Shown piece after piece: positions 55,892 through 64,000 of a stretch of 64,000 nucleotides of DNA; position 1 is the stretch's first letter; each line of letters starts with the position of its first letter. Below the pieces are notes generated by a model that made no database searches, was not told the origin of the DNA, and was given only the letters and a program-made list of their open reading frames with translations. Both the position numbers and the translations under genes were made by a program. The stretch is from assembly GCA_964596255.1 (NCBI GenBank), contig CAZQTT010000001.1:20327-84326 (forward strand). The letters run 5' to 3'. This DNA is from an uncultured archaeon. Its GTDB lineage: Archaea > Halobacteriota > Archaeoglobi > Archaeoglobales > Archaeoglobaceae.

Positions 55892-56470
55892 ATGAGGAAA
55901 AAAGGAGGAAAGGAAAAGAGTTTAAAAGCACAGAAGACCAGTGAAGGCAAGTATAAGTATAAGATGGTTGGTGTTTTAACAGAAAACGGAGAGAAAGGAA
56001 TATGGAAGACGGAGGCTGAAAAAGAGGGCGTACCTTTATCGGAGTTTGTGAGAGATGCGGTAAATGCCAGAATAATGGACATAAGACCAGCCAAAGATAC
56101 ATTGACAGATACAGGAGAGTTAGATAGATTAAAGCAGGAAAATCAAAGGCTTGAGAAAGAGAAAAGAGAACTAAGCGAAGAAGTTGAGAAGCTAAAACAG
56201 GAGCTTTCTATTCTCAGGGATGCTTACACCAGCAAAACCGGGGATTGGTTAGATAAGATATTGGCAGTCATTCCAGAGGATGGATACAAGAAGCCACGAG
56301 ACATTTTGATTGATGCTGGATTAATCAAGGAATGGTCAAGTGATGAAGAGTGGTATGAAGCTCAACAGCGATTTCAAGATGAGATTAGAGAGTTTAGTGA
56401 GAAGTGCGAGAAAGAGGGAAAGCCATTCCCGTTAATCTATACGGAGGGTCGAGGATGGAAGCACAAGTAA
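55892..56470 (+). CDS. Hypothetical protein with an RHH-like segment and a coiled coil
   Basis: GVPLSEFVRDAVNARIMD is CopG-like. A leucine-zipper-like stretch ELDRLKQENQRLEKEKRELSEEVEKLKQEL follows. Confidence 0.5.
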   Translation: MRKKGGKEKSLKAQKTSEGKYKYKMVGVLTENGEKGIWKTEAEKEGVPLSEFVRDAVNARIMDIRPAKDTLTDTGELDRLKQENQRLEKEKRELSEEVEKLKQELSILRDAYTSKTGDWLDKILAVIPEDGYKKPRDILIDAGLIKEWSSDEEWYEAQQRFQDEIREFSEKCEKEGKPFPLIYTEGRGWKHK

Positions 56471-57315
56471 TGGTAAAGGATTATATAGATAGATTGGAGG
56501 AAGTAGGGAAGGCAGAAACTACTATTAACACTTACGGGCAAACATTATCAAGTTTCATTAAGTTCCTCGATGGAAAACCTTTGGATGAGGTCAAAGAGCG
56601 AGATATTCGAAGGTTCTTGAAGAAAGATGGTGAGTTAAAGCCGAGAACTAAGAAAAGCTATTGCATACGGATTTTTAGATTTTATGAGTGGGTGATAGAA
56701 GAGGAAGAGTTGAATATTAAGAACCCAGCTAAGAAAATCAGAGAGGAAATTAACGGTAGCAATGGACATGAAGAAGAGAAAGAGGTTCTATCAGTCGAGG
56801 AAGTAAGGAAACTAATCCAGTCAATAGAGAGTCCGAGAAAAAAGGCAATGCTCTTGGTTCTTTATAAATCTGGTATGAGATGTATGGAGTTAAAGAACCT
56901 GGATAAATCTGATGTGGATTTTGACACAGGGAAAATAATAATAAAGCGAAGGAAAGGCGGTAAGAGAGGGTATGTTTTTGTGGACGACGAGGCTCTTAAA
57001 TGGCTTAAGTTTTATCTCTCAACGAGATGGGACGACCATGAAGCATTGTTCACATGCAGTAAGGGAAGGATAACCAGACACAATTTGAGCAAGACAATTA
57101 TAGAAACGTTAAAAAAAGCAGGTTACGAAGGTTTAACGGCTCATGACTGGAGACACATATTCACAACGCACATGAGGCAAGCTGGATGTGACCTTGAAGT
57201 GATTAGAGTATTGAGGGGCGATTCTCCAGGAAACATGACTGAATACTATACGCATTACAGTGAGGAGGACATCAGGACAGAGTATTTGAGATGTGTCCCC
57301 CGCTTATACGTCTGA
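56455..57315 (+). CDS. Tyrosine recombinase/integrase (XerC/D-phage integrase family)
   Basis: SAM-like N-terminal domain. Catalytic residues lie in SGMRCMEL (Arg), HDWRHIF (His-x-x-Arg) and the YYTHY region (Tyr). The start is 56455 or 56470 (TAATG overlap). Confidence 0.85.
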   Translation: MEAQVMVKDYIDRLEEVGKAETTINTYGQTLSSFIKFLDGKPLDEVKERDIRRFLKKDGELKPRTKKSYCIRIFRFYEWVIEEEELNIKNPAKKIREEINGSNGHEEEKEVLSVEEVRKLIQSIESPRKKAMLLVLYKSGMRCMELKNLDKSDVDFDTGKIIIKRRKGGKRGYVFVDDEALKWLKFYLSTRWDDHEALFTCSKGRITRHNLSKTIIETLKKAGYEGLTAHDWRHIFTTHMRQAGCDLEVIRVLRGDSPGNMTEYYTHYSEEDIRTEYLRCVPRLYV

Positions 57316-57483
57316 ACTAAATTTTTTTCTTGCTCCTATTAATATAATTAAATTCACTATCCTGTTTCATTTAGTAGTTATGTAAACTATTATTTTATAG
57401 TAAATCGAGAAAACTATATATTAGCAAATTTATTATTATTATGGGCAAAGGTAAAGCACCTAAGCCCGAAAGAGGTGATAAAA

Positions 57484-57912
57484 ATGGCGGAAGAAAAGAA
57501 CAAGCAGGAAGTAGATGTGTTTGAGGTTGTGGATGGTGTAGAGGATGTTGGAACCCTCAAAGAGCTCCAGCAGTTAATTAATGGCAAGATTGACGAGTTG
57601 AGGAAAGCCAACGCGAAACCCTGGAAGAAGGCATCGTTTAAAATGTTCTGGAACAAAACAAGCGAGGATGTCCAGCGATTAGTGCTTCAATTGGCAGAGA
57701 ATGGTGGTAGTGCTTACAAGGAAGACTTACTCGAAAAAATGGATTGGGAACAGATGAAGTTAACCGGTATGTTGGCTGGTGTCAGTAACAAAGCAAGGAA
57801 CATGGGTTATAAAGACATAGTAACCAGAGAGAACGTCAAGGACGAAGATGGTAACTGGCATGTTCAATATAAACTTGATGAAGACATCCAGAAGTTTATT
57901 AAGGAACTATAA
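57484..57912 (+). CDS. Hypothetical protein
   Basis: ORF with AGAGG 8 nt upstream of the ATG at 57484. No motif recognised. Confidence 0.5.
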   Translation: MAEEKNKQEVDVFEVVDGVEDVGTLKELQQLINGKIDELRKANAKPWKKASFKMFWNKTSEDVQRLVLQLAENGGSAYKEDLLEKMDWEQMKLTGMLAGVSNKARNMGYKDIVTRENVKDEDGNWHVQYKLDEDIQKFIKEL

Positions 57913-57941
57913 GTCCTTTATTTCTTTTTTTGGTGGTTGAG

Positions 57942-58082
57942 ATGGGAAAGTGCTTGTGGTGTGGTAAAGAGACTGATTACGATTGGTGCTGTGAAGAACA
58001 TAGACGCTGTTTAAAGTGTGGCAATAAACTTGAGCCTGAAGACGACATTTACTGTATTCTGTGTTCTATGGGGGTAAAATAA
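57942..58082 (+). CDS. Zinc-ribbon mini-protein (46 aa)
   Basis: Found by hand translation, below the track cutoff. MGKCLWCGKE..CCEEHRRCLKCGNK..YCILC. The stop overlaps the next ATG (TAATG). Confidence 0.55.
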   Translation: MGKCLWCGKETDYDWCCEEHRRCLKCGNKLEPEDDIYCILCSMGVK

Positions 58083-58207
58083 TGTATTGCTGCCAAGAAT
58101 GCGGTTATAGATTTAATACGATTGAAGAAGCCATAGAAGCTTTTCACTCAGATGAGGGTTGTCCAGAGTGCGGGAGCACAGATATTGATTTATGTGAGGA
58201 ACCATGA
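58082..58207 (+). CDS. Zinc-ribbon mini-protein (41 aa)
   Basis: Found by hand translation. MYCCQECGYRF...GCPECGSTD. The stop overlaps the next ATG (ATGA). Confidence 0.55.
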   Translation: MYCCQECGYRFNTIEEAIEAFHSDEGCPECGSTDIDLCEEP

Positions 58208-58317
58208 ATAAAAGACGTTGGATATGCCGGAAGTGTGGTAAAGTAATCTTGAGCTCCGAGAAACCAAACGAACGTTGCAGGAAAGGACATATGTGTGAAT
58301 TTGAACGAGAGTTCTAA
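58204..58317 (+). CDS. Zinc-ribbon mini-protein (37 aa)
   Basis: Found by hand translation. MNKRRWICRKCGK...ERCRKGHMC. Confidence 0.5.
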   Translation: MNKRRWICRKCGKVILSSEKPNERCRKGHMCEFEREF

Positions 58318-58650
58318 ATTTTTTTCTCGAATCGGCGTATACCAAATTTTAAACCGGTATGATAAGTTTCGGTTCAACGATATATTGTTGGTCATCTTTA
58401 TCGTAAATCTTCGATAGGAACCAGCATTACATTGGTGCCTTTTTATGGTGATGAGTCAGCATGGGGGGGTTCGAGGACTCGAAAATGATGAGTGATTAAA
58501 AGAACGATATCCTTCAATAACTCAAAATTTTATTTTGTTTCCTTCGATTAGGAAGTCAAATATAAGCTGTCCTTCAATAACTTATAGGCGACAACCAAAT
58601 ATTTATACTTCTATTAACATAATATTTATAATAATAAAGAGGTTGCTATA

Positions 58651-58845
58651 ATGAAGTGCAAAAAGTGTGGTTACGAATGGCAGAACAGGGTTCCGAATCC
58701 AAAGCAGTGTCCTGCTTGTAAGAATCCACTGAAGAAGTCAAAGAAGCCTAAACCAGATACCAACTGTAAATTCTGTAATCATAAGTGGAAAAAGCGAGTG
58801 AATTCGCCGAAACAATGCCCGAGTTGTCATCGTTATTTGAGATAA
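58651..58845 (+). CDS. Double zinc-ribbon protein (64 aa)
   Basis: Two internal repeats: CKKCGYEWQNRVPNPKQCPACKN and CKFCNHKWKKRVNSPKQCPSCHR. Confidence 0.65.
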   Translation: MKCKKCGYEWQNRVPNPKQCPACKNPLKKSKKPKPDTNCKFCNHKWKKRVNSPKQCPSCHRYLR

Positions 58846-58863
58846 GTATTGGAGATGTAAAAA

Positions 58864-59046
58864 ATGAAGGAATTTAATATAGATATAAGAGAAGGTGAGA
58901 AGCTCATTTACACGATAGAAGTTAAAGTGCATTATAATGACGAAGAGCCCGAGTTTAGTGATGTCTTTGAGAAAATGGCTGAGTTTCTGAACATAGGATT
59001 TCAAGACAACGGTGTACAGCGAGAGTTCAGCATGGAAGTAGCATGA
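58864..59046 (+). CDS. Hypothetical protein (60 aa)
   Basis: ORF tightly packed between neighbours, with a 4-nt overlap with the next gene. Confidence 0.45.
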   Translation: MKEFNIDIREGEKLIYTIEVKVHYNDEEPEFSDVFEKMAEFLNIGFQDNGVQREFSMEVA

Positions 59047-59639
59047 CTTCTGAAGTGCTTGAGCAAATTATTGAGGTTCTTAGAGAAGAGGAACCACTCG
59101 GAAGTCCACAGATAGCGGAGAAGATAGGAGTACCAACGCAATGCGTAGCACAAGTGGTTAGACATGGTAGTGGAGTTCATCAATATAAGGGGATGTATTT
59201 CGCCAGTGAGCGTAACTTGCAAATTTACAAGATAAAGGAGATCCTAAAGAAGGAAGAACCATTGAAAGCTCGTGAGATTGCTGAGAGGCTTGGAAGAGAA
59301 ACTAATTCCGTATCAAAGATAATACGTCACCACGGAGAGGGTATTAAAAGTCGTAAAGGTAAGTATGCTCTCAACCCCGATAAATTGCCGGAGGAAGGCG
59401 ATAAATACGAGTGTCCTTACTGTTATGAGATTGTAGAAGATTTTAGGGGTTTTGTAAAACACATTAATAAGAACCACAACCATGGTACGTGCCCTGTTTG
59501 TGGAAAGAAGTGCAGAGAACTGGAAATACACGCAGTAAAGAAGTCAGAACGCTGTGAGGAACATTATTTGTATTATGGTTTGATTAGTAGAACAGACCAG
59601 GAGGCAAGGCAGTATGCAGAGGAATATTGTCGGTGCTAG
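59043..59639 (+). CDS. Putative DNA-binding protein: two winged-helix-like repeats plus a C2H2/C4 zinc finger
   Basis: Duplicated segment (EEPLGSPQIAEKIGVPTQCVAQVVRHG / EEPLKAREIAERLGRETNSVSKIIRHHG). Then CPYC..H..H and CPVCGKKC. Confidence 0.6.
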   Translation: MTSEVLEQIIEVLREEEPLGSPQIAEKIGVPTQCVAQVVRHGSGVHQYKGMYFASERNLQIYKIKEILKKEEPLKAREIAERLGRETNSVSKIIRHHGEGIKSRKGKYALNPDKLPEEGDKYECPYCYEIVEDFRGFVKHINKNHNHGTCPVCGKKCRELEIHAVKKSERCEEHYLYYGLISRTDQEARQYAEEYCRC

Positions 59640-59646
59640 AAATTAT

Positions 59647-59736
59647 ATGTGCCCATATTGTCGCTATACGTGGCAGGATAGGGCAGAGCCGATGGAATGC
59701 CCCAATTGTGGTGGTAAGTTCAAGAAATCACGATGA
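59647..59736 (+). CDS. Zinc-ribbon mini-protein (29 aa)
   Basis: Found by hand translation. MCPYCRYTWQDRAEPMECPNCGG resembles the repeats of the 64-aa protein. Confidence 0.45.
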   Translation: MCPYCRYTWQDRAEPMECPNCGGKFKKSR

Positions 59737-59990
59737 AAAAACCTCCTATTGCCGGAGCCGGGTTTTTTCACCTCCACCCTTTTTTCCCCGGCAATGATGG
59801 TTGGAGTCCAGATATTCTTTAAATAAAACTTTTTTCTTTATCTGAAAGAAGACTGATATGTTTCTTTTTAATCACTCGTTGAAGGACAGTGAATATTTTG
59901 TTCTGGTGAAAAATTGGTCTCCACTCGACAAAAACCTTCTAATAATCAAACTAACAATTTTATATTAACAGATATAAAGGATGGTGAAAA

Positions 59991-60332
59991 ATGAAGACGA
60001 GAAGTGGTAAATTCGAAAAGAAACTCCAATCAATGCCAGTAGGGAACTATGATTATTACTTCATTCATGTTCCACAAGGTTGGAGGAGAAGATTAGATTT
60101 GGGTCAAGGAAGTCTCGTAGGATTCGATATGAAGGAACGTAAAATCATTGTCAAACCTGAGATAAATAAGAACCTAGAAATCAAGAAATTACAGATGAGG
60201 GGAAATCAGGGATACATTTTTTTGCCAATCAAGTGGTGCAGAGAGAACAATTTGAAGAAAGGAGACATTATGACCACAGAATTTTCGGAGGACTCTGATG
60301 ACTTGATTATTGAGATTGATAAACAGGAGTGA
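59991..60332 (+). CDS. Tandem AbrB/SpoVT-like domain protein
   Basis: Two swapped-hairpin-like halves: YYFIHVPQGWRRRLDLGQGSLVGFD and GYIFLPIKWCRENNLKKGDIMTTEF. Confidence 0.55.
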   Translation: MKTRSGKFEKKLQSMPVGNYDYYFIHVPQGWRRRLDLGQGSLVGFDMKERKIIVKPEINKNLEIKKLQMRGNQGYIFLPIKWCRENNLKKGDIMTTEFSEDSDDLIIEIDKQE

Positions 60333-60337
60333 TTACA

Positions 60338-60739
60338 ATGAGTGAAGTGGAAATTCCAGTGGAAGCCAAAGAATACGTTGAGTACTATGTTGATATCTTG
60401 GTTGAGAGAGGATTCGATAGAGAAGCTATTATGGGAGAAATATACACTATTGCTGAGCATCCAAAAATAAAGGAGTCATTCAGTTCGAGTAAAGGAGCTT
60501 GGGAATACGCGACACGACTTGTCTGGAACAGAAATTTGAGGACCTGTAAGGAGTGTAAATTTGCAGTTCGAAATAGAGAACTTGAGAAGGGAGGAGAGAT
60601 ATACTGCTGGGTTTCACAGACCCAAGAAAATTACTATACTGCGCCTAAGTGCTTTTATTACTTCAATAAAGACAATGTGGATGAGAACACGATTAAAAGA
60701 GCATTATACGAACTGATTAAAGCACGGAGGAAGAGATGA
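60338..60739 (+). CDS. Hypothetical protein with a CxxC...C motif
   Basis: ORF with AGGAG 8 nt upstream of the ATG at 60338. The track start at 60329 is a GTG. Confidence 0.5.
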   Translation: MSEVEIPVEAKEYVEYYVDILVERGFDREAIMGEIYTIAEHPKIKESFSSSKGAWEYATRLVWNRNLRTCKECKFAVRNRELEKGGEIYCWVSQTQENYYTAPKCFYYFNKDNVDENTIKRALYELIKARRKR

Positions 60740-62043
60740 GTGAAGAAGTAGATGACGTTGATAAGTTTATTGATGGAGTAAACGATGATGAAAACCTAGT
60801 TGACGAGATAGAGAACGAGTTAATAGACAAAAAAATATCCAGGAACCGCAAATATGCCAGACTCGCAGCACTCCATTTAGTTGCTGTTTATACTCCAAAT
60901 TTAGTGGTCGTTACTACTTATGGACCTTTAAAAACCAATATCTACGTAATTTACATAGGACCGAGTAGAATTGGAATGAAATCTGTCGTAATAAACTTCA
61001 TAAGAGAATTACTCAAAATGGACGAATATGATAGGAAAATAAAGAAGAGAATACCACCAAGCGGTTCACTTGAGGGAATTACAATGTATATGAACTGGGA
61101 CCATCCAGATGGAACAGCTTTTGGTTCTATGCTTAAGGATGAATGCTCTCTGATGTTCGAGCAATTGAAGAAGACATATTCTTCTGATTTTATGGAGACT
61201 TTCTCATTGATGTATGACGGTCATATAGAGGGTAAAGTCACGAGAAGTTATAAATTAGAAGAAGTAGAAAATTGTCATGTATCCTTTTTTGGAGCCAGCA
61301 CAAAGACTTTTTACCGGAAAATGCCGATTGACTATTTTGACCAGGGGATTGGAAATAGACCCTTCTATTGTTTATGGAACGGAAAGACACCAAAGTTTGA
61401 TAATCCAGAAGAAGCTTTTAGAAGTCGACAGGCGTGGACTAATAGAGTATACGATATTATCAAAAAATTACGAGAATGTGAGAAGTTTACAGAGGCTGGA
61501 ATAGCACATGAAGCTATGGAATTATGGTGGGAGTACCATGAAGAAGAAATGAAGGAAGCAGAGAAACTATATCACAGCAGTGAACCACTAACAGATTATT
61601 ATTCATCATATAGAGGGGGTAATCCTGAGAGAGTTTTAAAGGTGGCAATGCTTAGGAGTGTTGGAGATAACTATAAAAAAGACTTAGATACCATAATTAT
61701 CGAAAAGGAACATATAGAGTACGCTATTAAAGTGGTGAACGAATACTATGAAGAATACAAACAAATGGTGAGAGATTGGATTAAAGTATCTCAAGAGAAA
61801 GTAGAGCCAATAGAGAACATCCAACCAGCAGAAAGTAATGTATTGTCTGCTATAGAGAGGAATGCTGATTCTTTTGGTTGGTCTAAGCGTGGAGACGTTA
61901 TGAGAGTTGTTGGTGGTACAGCAAAGAATTTTGATAACATTATTGAGACGTTGAAAGAGAAAGAATTCATAGTAGAATGTGATGATTCTTACTTTGGTCA
62001 AACAAAACCAGGTCCTAAGACCACATACTACAAGTGTCTCTAA
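60736..62043 (+). CDS. DUF3987-like protein (candidate replication/helicase-type protein of the element)
   Basis: The layout IYIGPSRIGMKSVV...SLEGITMYM...MLKDECSLMF...LMYDGHIEGKVTRS...VSFFGAST...GIGNRPFY resembles the DUF3987 order of motifs. The P-loop-like site is non-canonical. Confidence 0.45.
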   Translation: MSEEVDDVDKFIDGVNDDENLVDEIENELIDKKISRNRKYARLAALHLVAVYTPNLVVVTTYGPLKTNIYVIYIGPSRIGMKSVVINFIRELLKMDEYDRKIKKRIPPSGSLEGITMYMNWDHPDGTAFGSMLKDECSLMFEQLKKTYSSDFMETFSLMYDGHIEGKVTRSYKLEEVENCHVSFFGASTKTFYRKMPIDYFDQGIGNRPFYCLWNGKTPKFDNPEEAFRSRQAWTNRVYDIIKKLRECEKFTEAGIAHEAMELWWEYHEEEMKEAEKLYHSSEPLTDYYSSYRGGNPERVLKVAMLRSVGDNYKKDLDTIIIEKEHIEYAIKVVNEYYEEYKQMVRDWIKVSQEKVEPIENIQPAESNVLSAIERNADSFGWSKRGDVMRVVGGTAKNFDNIIETLKEKEFIVECDDSYFGQTKPGPKTTYYKCL

Positions 62044-63958
62044 TTTTTTTATTTTATGCAAATCTAATTATTGGGGATTCCCAACAATTATCCAATATTT
62101 ATGAAGAAGTATGAGACTTCTATTCCGTAAACCAAGCTCTATAGAACCTTAAACTAATTATTTGTTGGGAAGTCCATACTCAAACCCAACAATTCTTTTC
62201 TACTCTTATTAATTATTTTTATATTATTTATCTAATTATTGGATATATTTTCCAATAACCAACAAACAATTAGAAAAAGGAAGGAGATTTAGTAAATTTC
62301 TTTTTTAAGACAGGACAGAACTTGAGATTGTTGAGAATGTCTTCAATAATTATTACGAAGGATTCATTACTGAGCATCACCGAATTACTCAACGTATTCT
62401 TATTATAATTTTAATCCAATACCTCACCTAATTGTATCTTACGAGAGTTGGTAGCAGACTCCATATAATGAAATCTGTCGTAATAAACTTCATAAGAGAA
62501 TTACTCAAAATGGACGAATATGATAGGAAAATAAAGAAGAGAATACCACCAAGCGGTTCACTTGAGGGAATTACAATGTATATGAACTGGGACCATCCAG
62601 ATGGAACAGCTTTTGGTTCTATGCTTAAGGATGAATGCTCTCTGATGTTCGAGCAATTGAAGAAGACATATTCTTCTGATTTTATGGAGACTTTCTCATT
62701 GATGTATGACGGTCATATAGAGGGTAAAGTCACGAGAAGTTATAAATTAGAAGAAGTAGAAAATTGTCATGTATCCTTTTTTGGAGCCAGCACAAAGACT
62801 TTTTACCGGAAAATGCCGATTGACTATTTTGACCAGGGGATTGGAAATAGACCCTTCTATTGTTTATGGAACGGAAAGACACCAAAGTTTGATAATCCAG
62901 AAGAAGCTTTTAGAAGTCGACAGGCGTGGACTAATAGAGTATACGATATTATCAAAAAATTACGAGAATGTGAGAAGTTTACAGAGGCTGGAATAGCACA
63001 TGAAGCTATGGAATTATGGTGGGAGTACCATGAAGAAGAAATGAAGGAAGCAGAGAAACTATATCACAGCAGTGAACCACTAACAGATTATTATTCATCA
63101 TATAGAGGGGGTAATCCTGAGAGAGTTTTAAAGGTGGCAATGCTTAGGAGTGTTGGAGATAACTATAAAAAAGACTTAGATACCATAATTATCGAAAAGG
63201 AACATATAGAGTACGCTATTAAAGTGGTGAACGAATACTATGAAGAATACAAACAAATGGTGAGAGATTGGATTAAAGTATCTCAAGAGAAAGTAGAGCC
63301 AATAGAGAACATCCAACCAGCAGAAAGTAATGTATTGTCTGCTATAGAGAGGAATGCTGATTCTTTTGGTTGGTCTAAGCGTGGAGACGTTATGAGAGTT
63401 GTTGGTGGTACAGCAAAGAATTTTGATAACATTATTGAGACGTTGAAAGAGAAAGAATTCATAGTAGAATGTGATGATTCTTACTTTGGTCAAACAAAAC
63501 CAGGTCCTAAGACCACATACTACAAGTGTCTCTAATTTTTTTATTTTATGCAAATCTAATTATTGGGGATTCCCAACAATTATCCAATATTTATGAAGAA
63601 GTATGAGACTTCTATTCCGTAAACCAAGCTCTATAGAACCTTAAACTAATTATTTGTTGGGAAGTCCATACTCAAACCCAACAATTCTTTTCTACTCTTA
63701 TTAATTATTTTTATATTATTTATCTAATTATTGGATATATTTTCCAATAACCAACAAACAATTAGAAAAAGGAAGGAGATTTAGTAAATTTCTTTTTTAA
63801 GACAGGACAGAACTTGAGATTGTTGAGAATGTCTTCAATAATTATTACGAAGGATTCATTACTGAGCATCACCGAATTACTCAACGTATTCTTATTATAA
63901 TTTTAATCCAATACCTCACCTAATTGTATCTTACGAGAGTTGGTAGCAGACTCCATAT
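60975..63958. repeat. Perfect tandem direct duplication, 2 x 1,492 bp
   Basis: Copy 1 is 60975-62466 and copy 2 is 62467-63958. Identical ORF translations recur at a +1492 offset (61277/62769 and 61684/63176). The non-coding parts are identical by eye. The trinucleotide AAT is present at the start of copy 1, at the junction and after copy 2. Confidence 0.9.
62467..63535 (+). pseudogene. 5'-truncated duplicate of the DUF3987-like gene
   Basis: Identical to codons about 81-435 of the 60736-62043 gene. The track ORF (62432) gains 12 unrelated N-terminal residues from the upstream non-coding DNA. Confidence 0.7.
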
Positions 63959-64000
63959 AATAATATCTTACCGCATACATCGGATGAGAAAAGCAAAAAA

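Larger units (their letters stand above)
55838..64000 (+). mobile_element. Integrated plasmid- or virus-like element; left border approximate, right border beyond the window
   Basis: Tyrosine integrase, a same-strand array of small zinc-ribbon, wHTH, AbrB and RHH genes, and a DUF3987-like protein. It is AT-richer than the flanking chromosome. My hand counts of single 60-nt lines gave 35% GC at 60001 and 32% at 62101, against 52% at 10441 and 52% at 47101. Confidence 0.65.

Noticed and set aside
57441-57524. 27-aa ORF (MGKGKAPKPERGDKNGG...) overlapping the start of the 57484 gene
   Set aside because: It is in a different frame from the longer ORF, has no motif and is very short. It cannot be supported from sequence alone.

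Overview
Archaeal chromosomal window that is densely coding. Evidence for an archaeal host: an HMf-type histone, Elp3, PurP, a GHMP-type shikimate kinase, SepF, an intron-containing tRNA with C1-G72, class III signal peptides, and GGAGGTGAT-type ribosome-binding sites. Gene content looks like a Methanosarcinales or related euryarchaeon, but the taxon cannot be fixed without a database search. Positions 1-17.7 kb and 36-55.5 kb are mostly housekeeping: pyrophosphatase, tRNA-Tyr, histone, a nucleoside hydrolase and ribokinase salvage pair, Elp3, catalase, CBS proteins, CorA, an NFACT/Rqc2 homolog, SepF-ZPR1, Thi4, shikimate kinase, aminotransferase, Lrp, PurP, a CaCA antiporter, an APC-Usp permease, TatC, AOR, HflX and Hsp20. 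The most unusual block is 18.2-35.7 kb. It holds a FlaI-like ATPase and a FlaJ-like membrane protein with a single 734-aa pilin-signal adhesin-like protein, a PAS x3-DUF835 sensor, four KaiC/RecA-fold modules (two with intact P-loops, two degenerate, one fused to an Mrr-like domain), a ParM-like actin with an RHH partner, and a 1357-aa all-TPR protein. No flagellins, small pilins or prepilin peptidase are visible. This block is my candidate for an undescribed signal-controlled surface-filament or DNA-handling system. Positions 41.6-44.8 kb are a decay zone: an IS630 element, an amber-interrupted secreted repeat protein and a multiply frameshifted phosphoesterase. A cation diffusion facilitator (CDF) transporter pseudogene sits at 12.1-13.1 kb. 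From about 55.6 kb to the window end lies a lower-GC integrated plasmid- or virus-like element. It carries a tyrosine integrase, many zinc-ribbon mini-proteins, AbrB- and RHH-type regulators and a DUF3987-like protein, and it ends in a perfect 1,492-bp tandem duplication that includes an iteron-rich non-coding stretch.
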